The position numbers and the translations under genes were made by a program. The notes beneath the pieces were generated by a model. The model was not told the origin of the DNA and did no database searches. It was given only the letters and a program-made list of their open reading frames with translations. DNA of 63,286 nucleotides, the filler included, from Octopus bimaculoides (taxonomy: Eukaryota): the NCBI RefSeq assembly GCF_001194135.2. It is 6 parts of 4 records of this genome, joined end to end, with 100 filler letters (N's around TTAATTAATTAA, not from the genome) between each part and the next. Parts side by side here need not be neighbours in the genome. Positions count along the whole stretch, not along the records: positions 1 to 18,377 come from NC_068982.1; 5 more parts are not named here. The stretch is one strand, 5' to 3'. Shown piece after piece: positions 1 to 14,619 of the stretch; positions within the stretch are counted from its first letter, which is position 1; each line of letters begins with the position of its first letter.

Positions 1-532
1 TTCGTAGTTATTGTAGTATTATACAACTTCTACTCGTCAGTATAATATGGTCCAGAAAAATAGAAATAAACAGTGAATCAACATACCAAACGAACACCAT
101 ATATCCAGCATAGCATATAGACGACTGTTCATCGCTATTTCCCTATATAAGTGGCAGGAATTTCGAATTGGATCTCGGTAAATATGCCTCTTACTCAGAA
201 TAAATTCAGCACTGAATATATTCTGGTAATATATTTAAACTCTAGTCTGACCTTAGAGTCCCTCATGGCGTGAGGCGTTATTGTATAGTAATGCTCTTAT
301 ATAAATATAAATATATACATACACACACGCATATATATNNNNNNNNNNNNNNNNNNNNNNNNNNNNNNNNNNNNNNNNNNNNNNNNNNNNNNNNNNNNNN
401 NNNNNNNNNNNNNNNNNNNNNNNNNNNNNNNNNNNNNNNNNNNNNNNNNNNNNNNNNNNNNNNNNNNNNNNNNNNNNNNNNNNNNNNNATATATATGTAT
501 ATATGTATATAAGGTAATTAAAATTCATTAAA

Positions 533-1022
533 ATGACAGATCTATCGGATTTTCGAACTGGTCAAACTGTTGGTGCTCTTCTAGCAGGCGCTAGCGTAAA
601 AAAAGGGCTGAAATGTCTGGTGGATCAAGAGCTAATGTCTCGACAGTAATGATAGCCTTTGAGAAAGAGCGGAAAACCTTCTTGTCGAAACAAAACTCCG
701 AAGAAAACTTTGAGATAGGGATGTCGGACTCTTACACGAAGTGCTAGAATGGTTCACAAAAGTACAGGTCCCAAAATTAGTGCAGAGCTTAATGACCACC
801 TTCAGAAACCAGTTTCCACAAAGCCTCTCCACCGGGAGCTGAGCAAAACCGGATTCCATGGGAGAGCTGCAATCAGAAAACCACTACTTTCAAAAACAAA
901 CATTGCAAAGCGTTTAGAGTAGAGTAAAGACTTAAAGAATTTGTCCCTAGAGCAGTAGAAGAGTGTTGTTTTCTCGGACGAGTCATCCTTTACCCTATTT
1001 CCGACCACATCTCGACTATGCT
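533..1022 (+). mobile_element. Tc1-family transposase pseudogene (N-terminal half)
   Basis: Across frameshifts it translates to MTDLSDFRTGQTVGALLAGAS...GFHGRAAIRKPLLSKTNIAKRLE*SKDLKNLSLEQ*KSVVFSDESSFTLF, covering the HTH region and the first catalytic D. Two Trp codons appear to have become TAG. Confidence 0.88.
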
Positions 1023-1251
1023 GCTGTTCCACAGACAAGTGAAACAGCAGCATAGTCGAGATGTGTTTTCTTCTCTTACTCTTGTTTTTTGCAAACATCT
1101 TAAAACATGACTTTCTAAAATGAAATTCCATTATGCAGCTGAGGAGTACATTTTCATTGTATTTTCTGTAGTGTTCTCACTACATGAATAAATGGAGCTC
1201 GTACGAAACGTACGTACTGCTATAACCTATTGAATTTTTGTTGTTTAACTT

Positions 1252-1285
<34 letters not shown>

Positions 1286-1454
1286 GAATCCAAACAAAGA
1301 AGAACAAACAAGAAAAAACAACGCGACGACGTGGTACAAGTACTGTATTATCAGACGGTCAGGAAAGGAAAGAAAGAGGATTTAACGTTACCAGCAAAGC
1401 TTTTCTTCAGAAATAGAGGAAGAAAACCGCCAACGATACTACACACGTTGTTAC

Positions 1455-1485
<31 letters not shown>

Positions 1486-4400
1486 GTAGCTCGATTTCTT
1501 CCGACCTTAGCAATCGGTTTCCCCACTAAGTTTGGCATAGCCAGATATTATATAAGGTCCTTTTTAATGGACACTACGTGCTCTTCAGATATATCTTGTA
1601 TGGGAGACATTATGTTAACTGCTCACTTTCAGATAGAGACATTTGGCAGTTAGATCAACTCTTAGCTGTTGGATTACGTAAGATTCAAGCTTTAGAGTAT
1701 CGTTTTGTGCTATACTAAAAATATATACAGAAGTCTTTTTACGTTGTACACCCACTGTAGTTTACACATATGTACACACACACACACACATGCACATATA
1801 TATATGGTGGGGTGTATTGCGTGTAATGTTTGTATATGGCACTCCCACATGACCGCAATTGCATGGTTGAAACGAATAAAAGAACAAAAGTAAGTAAAAG
1901 AGGAAATTAGTTAAGGATGTACTAAGCATTTGTTCTAATTTCGTGCATTCTCATTTGCGAATAACTGTACTTATGCAAAATATGTAATCCCTGTCTGTTC
2001 TAAATTTTTTGCCGTAGAATAAGTAACCCCTAAGTAATGAACTTCTGAACGTTGAAATATATGATGGTCATGTGTATCACTACGAAAACTTTTTATGCTA
2101 AATGAACTAAAACATCTCCATCTCCAACTGAAACTTGAAATCCCCAACATCTATTTTCTCTGATTAAATATTTCGAGGAAACAGCAGTACTGTTTCTGAA
2201 GCAGTACACCATCTAACTAATAATTATCGAGAGTATTGCTCAAAATCTATTTTTGGACAACGGCTAACGTATTCCACTTTAATATAATTCAAAGCTTCTT
2301 ACCGAAATAGTGACTCTACAAGAACATGAGGAATAAATTCAAAATGAAAACTAAGCATCTCGTAACTGACTTGATCATTTTAAAACGGATGTTGTTTTAA
2401 TATTTTCATTCGATTTCATTTCAAAGAAATTTGAAGTAGCTGTCTGTGTGAGATGGGATATAACATATAATGATGTCGTTATCAATTAACGTCGAGAATA
2501 AAGAGTCGTTTTAATATCATGTATCGTTTCGAAAAATTTAATTTTATTCATTAGTGGAGATTTACATTTTTATTTTTGAAAATTGTCACTTTTTATATTT
2601 ATTTTGTTTTTTTTTTAGATTAGAATGTTGCTTTTCTGTAACATGTTTTACGAAAGTTAAATCCATTATTTGCATTCAATTCCTGCTGAAATCGTCTTGA
2701 ATCACTTATATGAGAATGGGTCCCAAATAATTTCATATATCCCATCTTATATTTTAGAATTATATTTTCCCTAATTGAGTTAAATGGTGATGTATTGAAT
2801 GACATAAACTAAGAGTTATTATTTTAATTGGAATTTCTTACTGAATAAAATATATCCTAGTGGCAACTGTAAGTGGTTCACAATCTTATGGAAGGATAAT
2901 TTGAGAGTGTATTAATTAATTTCACAAAGTTAGCATTTTTTGTGGAGGGGAAATTGATATCATTGAGGAAAATTTATGGACACGTCTGTGTTTGTTAGAC
3001 CTCAGTTGCAAGGTATGGTTTACTGAGGTCAACATCATCACTTGGCAAACTTATAACATACAGAAATTTGGGAACGTATAATTTGAATACTTGAAAAATG
3101 TAATGGTGGACATGATAACTAAAATGCTGAAAGAGCTTGTATTTTGATGAAAAAATAATTGGTTGATATAAATAAAGAAAGTTTTATAAACAGAACTGAA
3201 AGTTATTTTCTCTTTCGTTGCCGAAAGAAAACAAAAAAAACATATGGACAAGTCTTTCTCTATTAGAATCGTCGGCGTAGTTTAACGTATTCATCGCTAC
3301 CTTAGGATTTTTTTTTTTATATTTCACATATGCGAAAAAATGTTAGAAATAAATATTTGCTTGCGTATTTTACACAACTGTAAAACGAAAATGAAAACGA
3401 ACTAAGGTCCGTATATCAAATTTGGACAAATTTACTGAAGAACATGCTACCTGCAATACGCAAAAATTCTTTAGCTCTTAATCTTTGTTTCTTAAGTTGA
3501 GAATAAAGTCAAAATCCTACTGATACTGAAAAACTGAAGAGTGTATAATTACAAGAAATTTAGTTTAATGCTGGGAAGTTAGTATATAAGCTTAGACGAA
3601 AGTTATAATCTCATAAATAATACTTATTTCTGTTGTTTTCTTTACGCATTAAGAGATCTAACCTAAAGTATGACATCATATAAATTCTCTCTGGTAAATT
3701 TAAATTTAATTTTCTAACACACCACCAAAAATTTTGCCAAGAATCAGAGCGAGTAATATCCCACGAGAAAACATTTCAATATTATATTTTAATTTGTTAT
3801 GAATATTGATACTCTTGTCTTCAATCCAAATTATGAATTATTAAATCAACCACTTAGACATTATCATTCAAAGCAAATGCATTTCGTTCTTTAATTCCTT
3901 ACTCTTCTTAATCTATAATCCTCAGAGATTTTCCTCGGCAGAATTCAATTTCTAAATTGCTTTGTTTGTCTATCTCTTGACATAGCAGTGTCATTGTGGA
4001 TAAGAAGATTGAAATAGTATGTTATGCTGATTTGTGTCCTATGAGATGGTTAACATTGTGCAATCGTGAGACATGTTAGTTAAATGCATTTCCTTAGGAC
4101 ATGAAAGATTAAAATAAAATGTATCAGCTACTGCCTAGAATCTTTGTTTTATAGATTAGTAAAGAGAGAATGAGCAGCGTCTACGATCTTTTCTATAGGC
4201 CTCAAATCTTCAGAAAATGAGAAATAATTCTCCTGCAATAGAGAGAAGCACTTCAAAATATCGAGTTCGCCTCGGGGCAGGGATAAGCACTGAATATATG
4301 GCTATAAAATTAACGTTACTAAATACATTGAAGCGCTATCTCATGGATTCTAATATGTAGGATGTGACAATAATATGGAACATTTCGTATAAATAAGGTA

Positions 4401-7379
4401 GGGTATATTAGGAATGTTTCAAGGTTTATTAGTATAGTACATCAATTTTGAACACTAAAGAACTGAACAAGATAGTAAGGTAGTATTAATTTGCATGTGT
4501 CCAATGAAAGTGTACATATTGTTGTGGTTAGTGCTGACATTGTAACTGCGTCTCTTATATAAGGTGGGAGTAATTAGTACTGCTCAAAGTAACTTATTAG
4601 TGTGGATAATTGCCTCACCTTTTCTTCCTCCATACCAAAGAACCCCACCCTTGTAGTTTTCTTCTTCCTAATGTACCGTCTTCAGGAATTTGTAAAACTC
4701 AATACACAACGTGAATATCAATGTAATAGATCTGCTATTCCGATAGCCAAGCTAATGGCTTATTTTCGAAATTTTAGAGTAGCTAAAATACTGGTCAGTA
4801 CTGAACAATAATAGAAACAACAAAAATAATAACGGTCTACAATGTAAGGACAATATCAGCAGTTTTGATAACATCCACAATAATATTTCAGTGGTAATCT
4901 ATTTCACTAACCCGTGAGGTATGAAAACAAATTTGATCTCTGCGCCACGAGAGATTAAATAGTAAACAAATAAATACAAAGCATTCCTTTCCACACTCTA
5001 ATGATTTTTCCAATTCGCTGCCTTAATGATAATGGTGATGACGATACTGTTGATGTTGATGATGATGGTGATGATGATGGTGGTGATGATCATGATGATC
5101 ATGATGATGACAGCGACGACGACGACGACCACAATAACAACAGGTATCCTTTCTATTATAGTAACAGGGGCTTGACTGGTCCTTTCATTGTCGAACCTAA
5201 AACGATAGAAATCAAAGTCGACGTCCGTAGAACTTTAAATTTGTATGTAAAAACTGACAAAATGTCGCTACTGTTGGCTTTCTTCTAAACCTGTTTTGTT
5301 CTCTTTTCACAATCAGTAGCACTGGAAATAGGCTATCATCCCATTCGCAAGGTATTTTTCCTTTGGGCGTGTGTAGATGGTCTTCATCGATATCCAGTGT
5401 ACGTTTGTTCGTTTACCTCCAGTAAACCTGCATAAAATAATTGGTATACTGTTCAACCCACTATAGTCTGTGCTTCAGTGAAAATTGCATATCTGTTAAA
5501 GAGATGAACTGCGAAAAAGCATGCCTAGCAATATATCGTCCGGCCCAAGTTGCCGTACCACGATATTGGCATGTGAAGGTAGAATGAGCTAGGAAAAGGT
5601 CATAAATTTAGGAAAACTTCATTGAAAACCTCATTATAGAAAACCTCATTATATACACAAAATGTGATGCGAGCCCTCATAGTGTTTATTATCCTAGTAG
5701 CGAACATCAATAACAGAATGTTTAGTCACTGCTCTTCTAAAGAAATATTTGATAAGGTAGCCCGTCTATAACAATGTCAAAGCTAAAAGCAGATTTAAAG
5801 GTAAGATATTTTACAAGTTTTCACGTAATAATTTAAATCCTAAAAATATTCAGTGGAAAATAATATGGTTCGCTCCGCTTCCTCCCTAAATATGCTTTCA
5901 CTAACGTAGGCAAAAAAGTCCATACCTCTTTTAGATGAGCATTTCCCTGTGAACCTTAAATACATGGTGTATATGCCGCGAGAACATAGCTGTCTGTATG
6001 GAATATTATACTAATCTTTACTACAGGTTTTTGGGAGAATATCCTAAGATATTTCAGTTTAATTAGAAGAATCTAGAGGGTAGTGCGACAATGAAGTGTG
6101 TATATCAGGACATAGATTGAATGTATTTTGATGCATCGCCTGAAATGTTTAAATCTTAAAAGTTTATTAGTTTTCCTTTTGTCAACTAAACACTAGAAAT
6201 TACTAATACTAATTACTCTAATTTGATCAGTAAACATTAGAGAAGTAATGAATATAGTCCACTAATCTCTTGGCTGGTATTTTGAATTCAATGGAATAAG
6301 AACCTGTTTATTACTGGTACGCGCATCGGCATGGGAAAATTTGATTAACTTCTATTTAAATATATTAAAAGAGCTGAATTGATTTAAAGCAGGATGCGTC
6401 AAGTAATCTAATATAAATGAAGGAATTAGTAGTTATTTCATATAAATATGGGCAGAAAGCTGCAACGTTATTTAATGCCTATTGATATCTTCACCAGGCA
6501 CGTGGAAAATCTCCATGTACATTTTTATACAATCAAGAGTTCATTAGTTAAACATATGTCTGAACATACTTGGCGAAGACGGGAGAATCATAAACACAAT
6601 GCTCATAGAAACATTGACCATACGTTTGCATACATAAAATTCAAGATAATGCGATTTAATAATTCAGCGAATAAACCTAATTATTAAAATGATGAAATAA
6701 GGTTGTATTGCAGTACGAAAAGGCACACTTTAAGCGGCTGGGTTTATCGTCCGTTAAAATATATAGTTGAGCTAAAGGAATTTCGGTTATCAGCGTCTAA
6801 AATGTTGTGGTTGAAGCATGATACGTGTAATTATTATTTTTATACCTTTTCAACTATCAATTAGTAATTTCCACTAATGGCATCATTCTCAAGGGTTCAA
6901 TTAACATATGCAGCTGTATTTGCAATGTACGTTTTAATGATCGTAAGAAATTGCCATAGTCAGAAAAATATATCTTTAATTAAATTCTCTTGCTGCCATG
7001 AAATTCTATATACCTGTTTGCAGAAATACATTAACTGATGTCATTATTTACATTTGGACTCAGCGAGCCAAAGCCTGTTTGATACTATACTAGATTATAA
7101 TAACTCCCTCATAGTTTTCGATGTCATCAACGTAGCCTTGATAGTTTTTCACAGATCCACTTCGTAGAGACGTCAATATAACTATTCCCAGAGGCCATGT
7201 TTTATAATTTTGACGCTATTCCCCCGGGCAAAATTTTATGCCAATCATCCACTCGATGCAGCATCACGAGAAATAGGAAATCTCTAATAACAAATTAAAT
7301 CTGACCATCATATAACACTACTTCACTTCCTCACAACATGCGTATAAATATAAGATAACTTGAAACAATACGTGTGTGG

Positions 7380-7450
<71 letters not shown>

Positions 7451-7452
<2 letters not shown>

Positions 7453-8305
7453 CAGACACACACGCATGTACAGGGTGCAGTGAATAAACTGTCGCCTAAA
7501 TTACGCAAAAATAAAAATATCTGACATACCTGACAAATAGAAATATTTAACAGATATATTTACCAAAATTAAATACAGATATCTTGAAATACTGTAGAGT
7601 AAATATATTCAATAAACTCGCCATTCGCTTCAACCAAGGCCTTCAGACGACTTCGGAATCTTCTGCAACTCTGCTGGATGGTCTCTTTGCTTAAGTTGAC
7701 GAATGCTGCCATAATCCTTGCCTTCAGTTAATCTTTGGTGTTAAAATTGGGTTTTGTTGGTGTCTCGCTCAACCGCGCTCCACACATGATAATCAAGGAG
7801 ATTACAGTCTGGGGAGTTTGGTGGCTGGATGTCATGTGTGATGTGGTCGCAGAAATTGTCTGACAGCTATCGGTTCTAGTGCAGAGTCCTGTTGCCAGAC
7901 ATAAGGTATTCCAGCAGCCATCATCTTGACTCAGGACAGCACTATCTCCCGGTGTACTTGATGTAGGTCTCCTTGTTGAGTCTGAGGCTGTGTGGGAAGA
8001 TCCATCCCGAGTGAGCACTCCAAACACCATGATGTTGATTGGATATTTGATTTTTATCACTCTCGGCGCATGTCCTCAGATTGCACTGTCCTTAGATTGA
8101 CACCCAAACACTCTGAAATGTTCGTATTGGAGCTCCCGGTGCGAATGCTAAGCAGTACAACAAGTCGTTTTCAAATTTCTGACAGAGTGGCTAGAGTCAT
8201 GATGTGTTACTTCTCACGGAAAGTGCCCAACTGACCCCGCTACACTGTGTAGTTGAAAGAAAATCGAAACAAACAAGGCACGTGCGCGAAACTATAAATA
8301 TGTCT
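7451..8305 (-). mobile_element. Internally deleted mariner/maT (DD37D-like) transposon copy
   Basis: TA followed by terminal repeat CAGGGTGCAGTGAATAAACTGTCGCC at 7451. Degenerate minus-strand translation contains KIKYPINIMVFGV and downstream catalytic-domain remnants. Confidence 0.82.
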
Positions 8306-9041
8306 ACAACGATGAAGTAAGTTTAAGCACCACTTTAACGTGAAAATCTTATATTTAACAAAAAAATGCAGAAAACAGAAAAATGACGGTCTCAGTGCTT
8401 GTTATAAAATTATTACCTCTATTATCAATAATAATGTTCTGAAAATTTAAGTAGGAATGGCCGAATGATAGCATCACAAATAAAGGTGTATATATAGTAG
8501 AAATGATCACTATTGAAGGGTCACTGTGGTTGTATTAATCATTAGGCTGCTAAGATGTACAAACATTTCCCACTACTGACTTAAAGTACATGAGATGCAA
8601 CCAAGACATGAGGTCGATTATAAAATTCAAATAGCTGTAAGTTTAACTGGTTCAGCGGCACTTTCAAATAGATGAATTACTTAGATAGATGAATTATTAG
8701 TTCTATAAGTTCCACAAGAAATATGTTAGATGTTCAAAAACATACAGACATACAGATTTTAAATAATTCTATCTTTAACTGGAATTCAGTACAAAATGCA
8801 AGTAGATTAATCTTGTACAAGTTGCAACATAATAAAAGCAATTTTAACATATCTCACTGGAAGGAATACAAATTACAGATGAGAGAATTATGAGAAATTC
8901 AGTGATACATATGACCACACAGTAGACAAGGGAATGTGCTATATCAAAAGATGATATATATCCATTCTAAATAAAAATATGCATGAGATGTTGATACATA
9001 TGAAACCAAATGCGCACACAAGCGCACAAATACAAACAAAC

Positions 9042-9077
<36 letters not shown>

Positions 9078-9086
9078 GTATATATA

Positions 9087-9140
<54 letters not shown>

Positions 9141-9230
9141 AATACAAGTGTTAACACTTAGCTATTTCATAGCTGAATGTAAAACTTCTGAACTGCCTAT
9201 ATGTGTGTGTGTGTATTGGTAACATGCTAT

Positions 9231-9240
9231 CTATCTACCT

Positions 9241-9291
<51 letters not shown>
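9231..9291. repeat. (TAGA)n microsatellite
   Basis: Direct observation. Confidence 0.95.
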
Positions 9292-11942
9292 GTGAACGTT
9301 CAGTTCTCTTACTCTTTGGGGCATGATCATCGTAGAGTTTCACTGAATAAGCTATGTATTTATTTCATTTGCAGGTATCTATTAGTATATTCTTGCTTTA
9401 TATATAGTTATCCATCTCAAATTCTCTGTTTAAATATCTAACTATGTATGTATATTCTTTTAGCCGTATAAATGTATTCAGCAATATTTAAATAATCAAC
9501 TTTAGCAGTGTGGATTACAGTTTCTTATTAGATACTTAGTAATTCGTCCTTCACCTCTATTAAAAGTGAATATCTGTGGAGCGATATGCAGCTTTGTCGT
9601 AATTTATTGCTCTAATGTTAGTTTATATATTTAATTAGAATAAAAACAGTTTTACAATAATCTGAAACGTTACTCAATACTTTTGTGGAATACAAGTTTT
9701 ATCATTAAACAAGACCATTCTTGACAGAGTCTACGAAGTTTCGACCACATAACCTGTAGGTCATTGGACTGCGATGCTTTAGCGTTACTCTTCGCATTCT
9801 ACACCCTCTGTTAGATTAAAGTATTCCTTTGGGGCGGGTGAGTGGAGTCATTATGGAAAGGTATGTTATAGAAAATTTAATTGATTAAATTTGGTGTTAT
9901 GCTATTGTTTAGAATTTGTTCATGTATTTAGATTTTTGTAAGCAAGTTTGTATGTTTAGGTGTGCTCTTTTGTGAGGTAGACGCCTTCTAAATAGAAATA
10001 TGAAATACTCTAAAGGACAAGAACATATAAAGAAATTGACCGGTTAAAACTTAGCACGTACATTCCCTCAAAAAATCTCATGAACAGAAATTTCTTCACG
10101 AAAAAGTTGACACACTCAGTTATTGAAGTCCTAAATACTGTACTTTTATACCTTTGACATTTTCTTTGGCAAAGCAAAGGATTAAATTCAATATAACCAA
10201 GAGAAAAGAAAACTACTAACATGTCCTATGCCTATTTATGTGATTAGGAGTAACAAAGCCTAATTCGCCAAAAACAACTACACTAGTGTTTAGTTCAGTC
10301 CGTTTTATGTCCCTTACACGAAAGTCGACGTGTGTATTGACCCTTTAGACTTTGATAATATATTCACTGGACAAGTAATATGTCGATATAATCGATATCA
10401 ACTCAAATGTTTGAATGCGATGTCCCAGGACAGCCTCAGTTCAAATGATTGAAGCCAGTAAAAACATCGAGTTATGAAATTTTAAATTAGATATTTTCAA
10501 AGAGAAGTGGTTAAGATCTCTGTGAAATGGTTACAAACTCTTCACCATAACACATACCAACGTTGATATTATAGTCACATTTTCATGTAAAATCTGTTCA
10601 TATATTTAGTTTGAAAAGTTTTAGTGTCAATACATTACATTCAATATTGATTTACACAGTATAAAGATTATCGATTATATTTCTATTACTATTTTTATTA
10701 TTATTAATATTACTAATATTCTTATTGTTATTGTTATTTTTGTCAAAATGAAATGTAAATAGACGAGTATAAAATATTCAATGAATTGTTAACAGATGTC
10801 TGCAAGTGACGCTCGTATTTTATTTATTTTCTTCTCATTCAACCCAGCAATATTTTAATAAAACAAATAATGCTGTATTTGTTTTTCATATGAAATGATA
10901 TTAAATTTAACAAGCCAAGATTGCGACTGACAACATTTTTTATCAATAAATAAAGCCTCAACCGAACTTTGTTTCGTCATTTTGCATATTTTTGTAGAAT
11001 AAAAGACTACGTGTCAATGTGTACATATGACCCAACAATTTCACACTTCCTAATCTTATAAATGTTATGGTTCTTTATTATTTCTCTACGTATACTTTAC
11101 ATGTACCCGCTATTGTTGGTTTACTCTCTTCTTATCCTACGATTACACTTTGCACATTGAAGCAGCTGCTAAATTTAATTAAAATGAACGCAATATCCAC
11201 TCTTGTAGCGATAACATCGAGCGTATTTTTATGATAAATTAAAAATTTGCGAAAAAACAAAAAAGACATCAGGCACTAAAAACTACGTATGTAGGTTGTT
11301 TCATTTCATTGTATTCTATTGGTTTAAACAAAAAGTAAAGCCAAAAAAGAATATATCTTAATAAATATCTAGAAGGACTTAATAAAATATCTTAATCCTT
11401 CGTCAACTGTCACACTCATATCAGTTCAATCAATCAAGTGTAGAGGAGTATTTCACAGTTTAGGAAGAGTTTACTACGGAAATAAAAACCACGATTTTGT
11501 CTAATCTGTTCCTTTTAGGTCTTATATTTTTTCGTGTGTTACATTTTGGAACGATATTCTGATGCAAATACAGACAGACACATATTCGTATTTATCAATA
11601 TTTTACTACCTGTCTATCTAACCATCTATGTACCTATTTTTCTGCTTGTCTGTGTCTGTCTCTGTATGTCTGTCTACACAGACTCAACGAACAGATACAG
11701 TTAAAAACGTCCATACAAAGCAAACAAGACACACATTGTGTGCATGAGTGTCTGTGTATAGTCAACATGTCAGACAATATCTAAAGCTAACATTACCAAT
11801 GTTCTCTTTAGCTTTCTTGTTTCATTGATTTCTAATTATGGTTTTGATATATATTTTTCCGTATTCTATTAATCCTCTTTTTTCTTCGTATTCGATTTAT
11901 CTTTCATACTCTCCTTTCTCACATTACTATTGATTAGCTTAT

Positions 11943-12079
11943 TTCTTCTTCTTCTTCTTCTTCTTTTTCTTCTTCTTCTTCTTTTTCTTCTTCTTCTTCT
12001 TCTTCTTCTTCTTCTTCTTCTTCTTCTTCTTCTTCTTCTTCTTCTTCTTCTTCTTCTTCTTCTTCTTCTTCTTCTTCTC
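11943..12079. repeat. (TTC)n microsatellite
   Basis: About 45 near-perfect units. This is the source of the poly-Arg and poly-Leu ORFs. Confidence 0.97.
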
Positions 12080-12960
12080 ATGCTTCTAGCTGTTTCTGCT
12101 GTTGTTCCCCTTCTGCCGCCACTCTTCCTTTTCTTTTTTCTCTCATCTTCCTACTGATTTACCATTTCTTTTTTGATTTCAGGTCGTTCGGCTTAATTCA
12201 TTTTTCTTTTTACCGGTTTTCTTCTCTTTTCTCCTTGGTATTTTTCCTTCCCCGCTTTATTTATCTCCTCTTTTGATGTTCTTCTTTTACCCCTTCATCT
12301 TCCTATTATTAGTACTATTACGAATGAAATAAGTACCAGCTGAACATTGGTGTTGCTGTAATTGACCACACCCTCCACAAAATTTCATTCTTTATGTATA
12401 TACTGGAAATAATCTTCATCATCACATCATCTCATCATCATCTTCCTCCTCATCTTCATCCTCATCCTCCTCATCATTATCGTCGCCATTAGTATTTTTA
12501 ATTAAGGCGGTGAGGTTTACTTCTCAGAGCTCTCGATTTTACTTGCTTCGGTTAAGTCTGTAAGAGTGAACATTTTTCAAAGGTCTCACAGAGTCTATTG
12601 CAACGATAAATAACACCCGAGTACTAATTCCAAAATCCTTGTTGTACTCTACTAGTTCAGATTTTTAGCGTGTTCTACCCTCGGTGCGTGTGGTGAGGAT
12701 GGCCCCCTTGAATGAACCTACTCTGAACATTCGTCTGTAAACCGTGGAATTTGAGGAGAGTAGCGCCCGCTGAGGTGCATCTGGCGGTCGGGATTACCAG
12801 AATGTGTGAGGTTACTCGGTTGTCTCTGTAAAGAACTCCCCCTTTCTGAAAATTTCTATTATTCATTGTCTTGCTTATTGTGTTTGTTACTTTTTTGTAT
12901 ATACGGCATTGTTCAACACCTCATTTCTCCCTTGTATCGTATCGTTCCTATTTGCTTTGT

Positions 12961-13490
12961 ATTCGGTATTTCGACCGTCGCTACGTTCTCAGTTCAAATT
13001 CCGCCGAGTTCGACTTTGTCTTTCATCCTTTCGGGGTCGATAAATTAAGGACCAGTTGAACACTGGTGTCGCTGTAATCGACCTATCCCCTCCCCCAAAA
13101 TTGCTGCCCTTGTGGCAAAGTCTGAAACCATTATTATCATTATTAAAAATGCAGTGAGCTGGCAGAATCGTTAGCACGCCGGGCGAAATGGTTAACAACA
13201 TTTCGTGTGTCTTTACGTTCTGAATTCAAATTCTACCAAGGTCAACTTTGCCTTTCATCATTTCGGGGTCGATAAATTAAGTACCCGTGAAACACTGGGG
13301 TCGATGTAATCGACTAGTCCCCTCCCCCAAAATTTCAGGCTTTGTGCTTTTAGAAGATGGGATTATTATTATTAAGGTAGCAAGCTGGTAGAATTGTAAC
13401 TGCTCCGCAAAAAAATACTTAACGTAATTTCTTCTGACATTACGTTCTGTCCAAATGCCGTCAGCGTCGACTTTACCTGTCATCTTCTCA
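12961..13490 (+). mobile_element. Three head-to-tail copies of SINE family A (GGCGAGCTGGCAGAA head)
   Basis: Shared GTTCAAATTCCGCCGAGGTCGACTTTGCCTTTCATCCTTTCGGGGTCGATAAATTAAGTACCAG-type core at about 12961-13130, 13150-13360 and (degenerate) 13372-13490, separated by (ATT)n. Confidence 0.85.
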
Positions 13491-14619
13491 TGCTCAATAA
13501 ACTGAATAATTGGTACAGCCGATGCAAATGAAAAACACACACAAATAGTGATCCCTTAATTCAAATCTACACCCGTCCTATTTCGGCGAAGATTTGCTTA
13601 GCTGTTCCTCCTCCTCTCAAGATAACATTTCTCATCAGAAAGATGCCGAAGCTGGATTCAGGTAGGTATGCTTGCATGTATTTTCATGTGTGTATAGAAA
13701 ATTCAGGGAGAGGGGGAGAGTAATATTCATTCTGACTTTTTGTCACTATCCCTCACTCGTCCACTTTCACTCTCACTCTCCCTTTTTAACACCCTCTCAC
13801 TCTTTTATACAATCTCTCCGCATTTCTCTGCTGTAATCGTATTTATATGTATGTATAACGAGTGAGATTCCGATCTAGAGGATCATTAACTCGCACGTAG
13901 TCGGTCGATTAAGTGAAACAATTATTCCTTCATAATCAGAAATCTGCCCTTAAGACACATTGACTACTTCGTAATTCTAATCAGTAAAGAAAATATTGAA
14001 GTAGAAACAAATGCCTTAAGTAAAATATGTACGATAATATTTAAGATGTTAACTCAGCAAGGTAATTGAAGAAAATTAAGCGTTGAAGATAAGGTATTTT
14101 CTAATTTTAAGTGATTAAAGCATTTCACCCTATAATAGGTAAGGTATCAGAGTTAATATATTTTAAAAGTATATATTCTCATTCATATTGTTAAGATCAA
14201 ATACAAACATACACCCAAGTAGGCCAGCAAACTCAGAAGAAAATATTTATAAATGACAGGATTGTATACACAAATATATGTGTGTGTGTGTGTGCGTGTG
14301 TGTGTGTGTATGTGTGTGCGTGCGTGTGTTCATGTGTGTGCCTATATGTGTGAATGTGTTTGTATGTATAATCTTGCATGTATACAAAAATAATATATAT
14401 ATATATATATATATGACGCATACATATGGACACATACATATGAACCTTCACGCCACGCGACCTCCCATGTTACACTCAAGGATCAGAAAACCAATTTTTG
14501 CTCGAACCAAGATGCAAGCTAGTTAACACATCTAAAAGCAAGACATGCATTAATGCACTGTCAGTAAGGGCACTCTTGATACTGTGAACTCAGTTAGAAG
14601 ATTTAATGGATTTTAGTGC

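Noticed and set aside
11869-12157. Poly-Arg and poly-Leu ORFs
   Set aside because: They are translations of the (TTC)n tract.
12660-13670. Possible exons at 12680-12845 (-) and 13560-13661 (+)
   Set aside because: The first has a poor acceptor, the second has an in-frame stop just inside, and neither encodes a recognisable peptide.
14525-14570. Minus-strand 'TDSAL..ACLAFR' resembling INSC SDAVLVACLAALRR
   Set aside because: It needs a frameshift, has stops on both sides and lacks usable splice sites, so it is probably coincidence.
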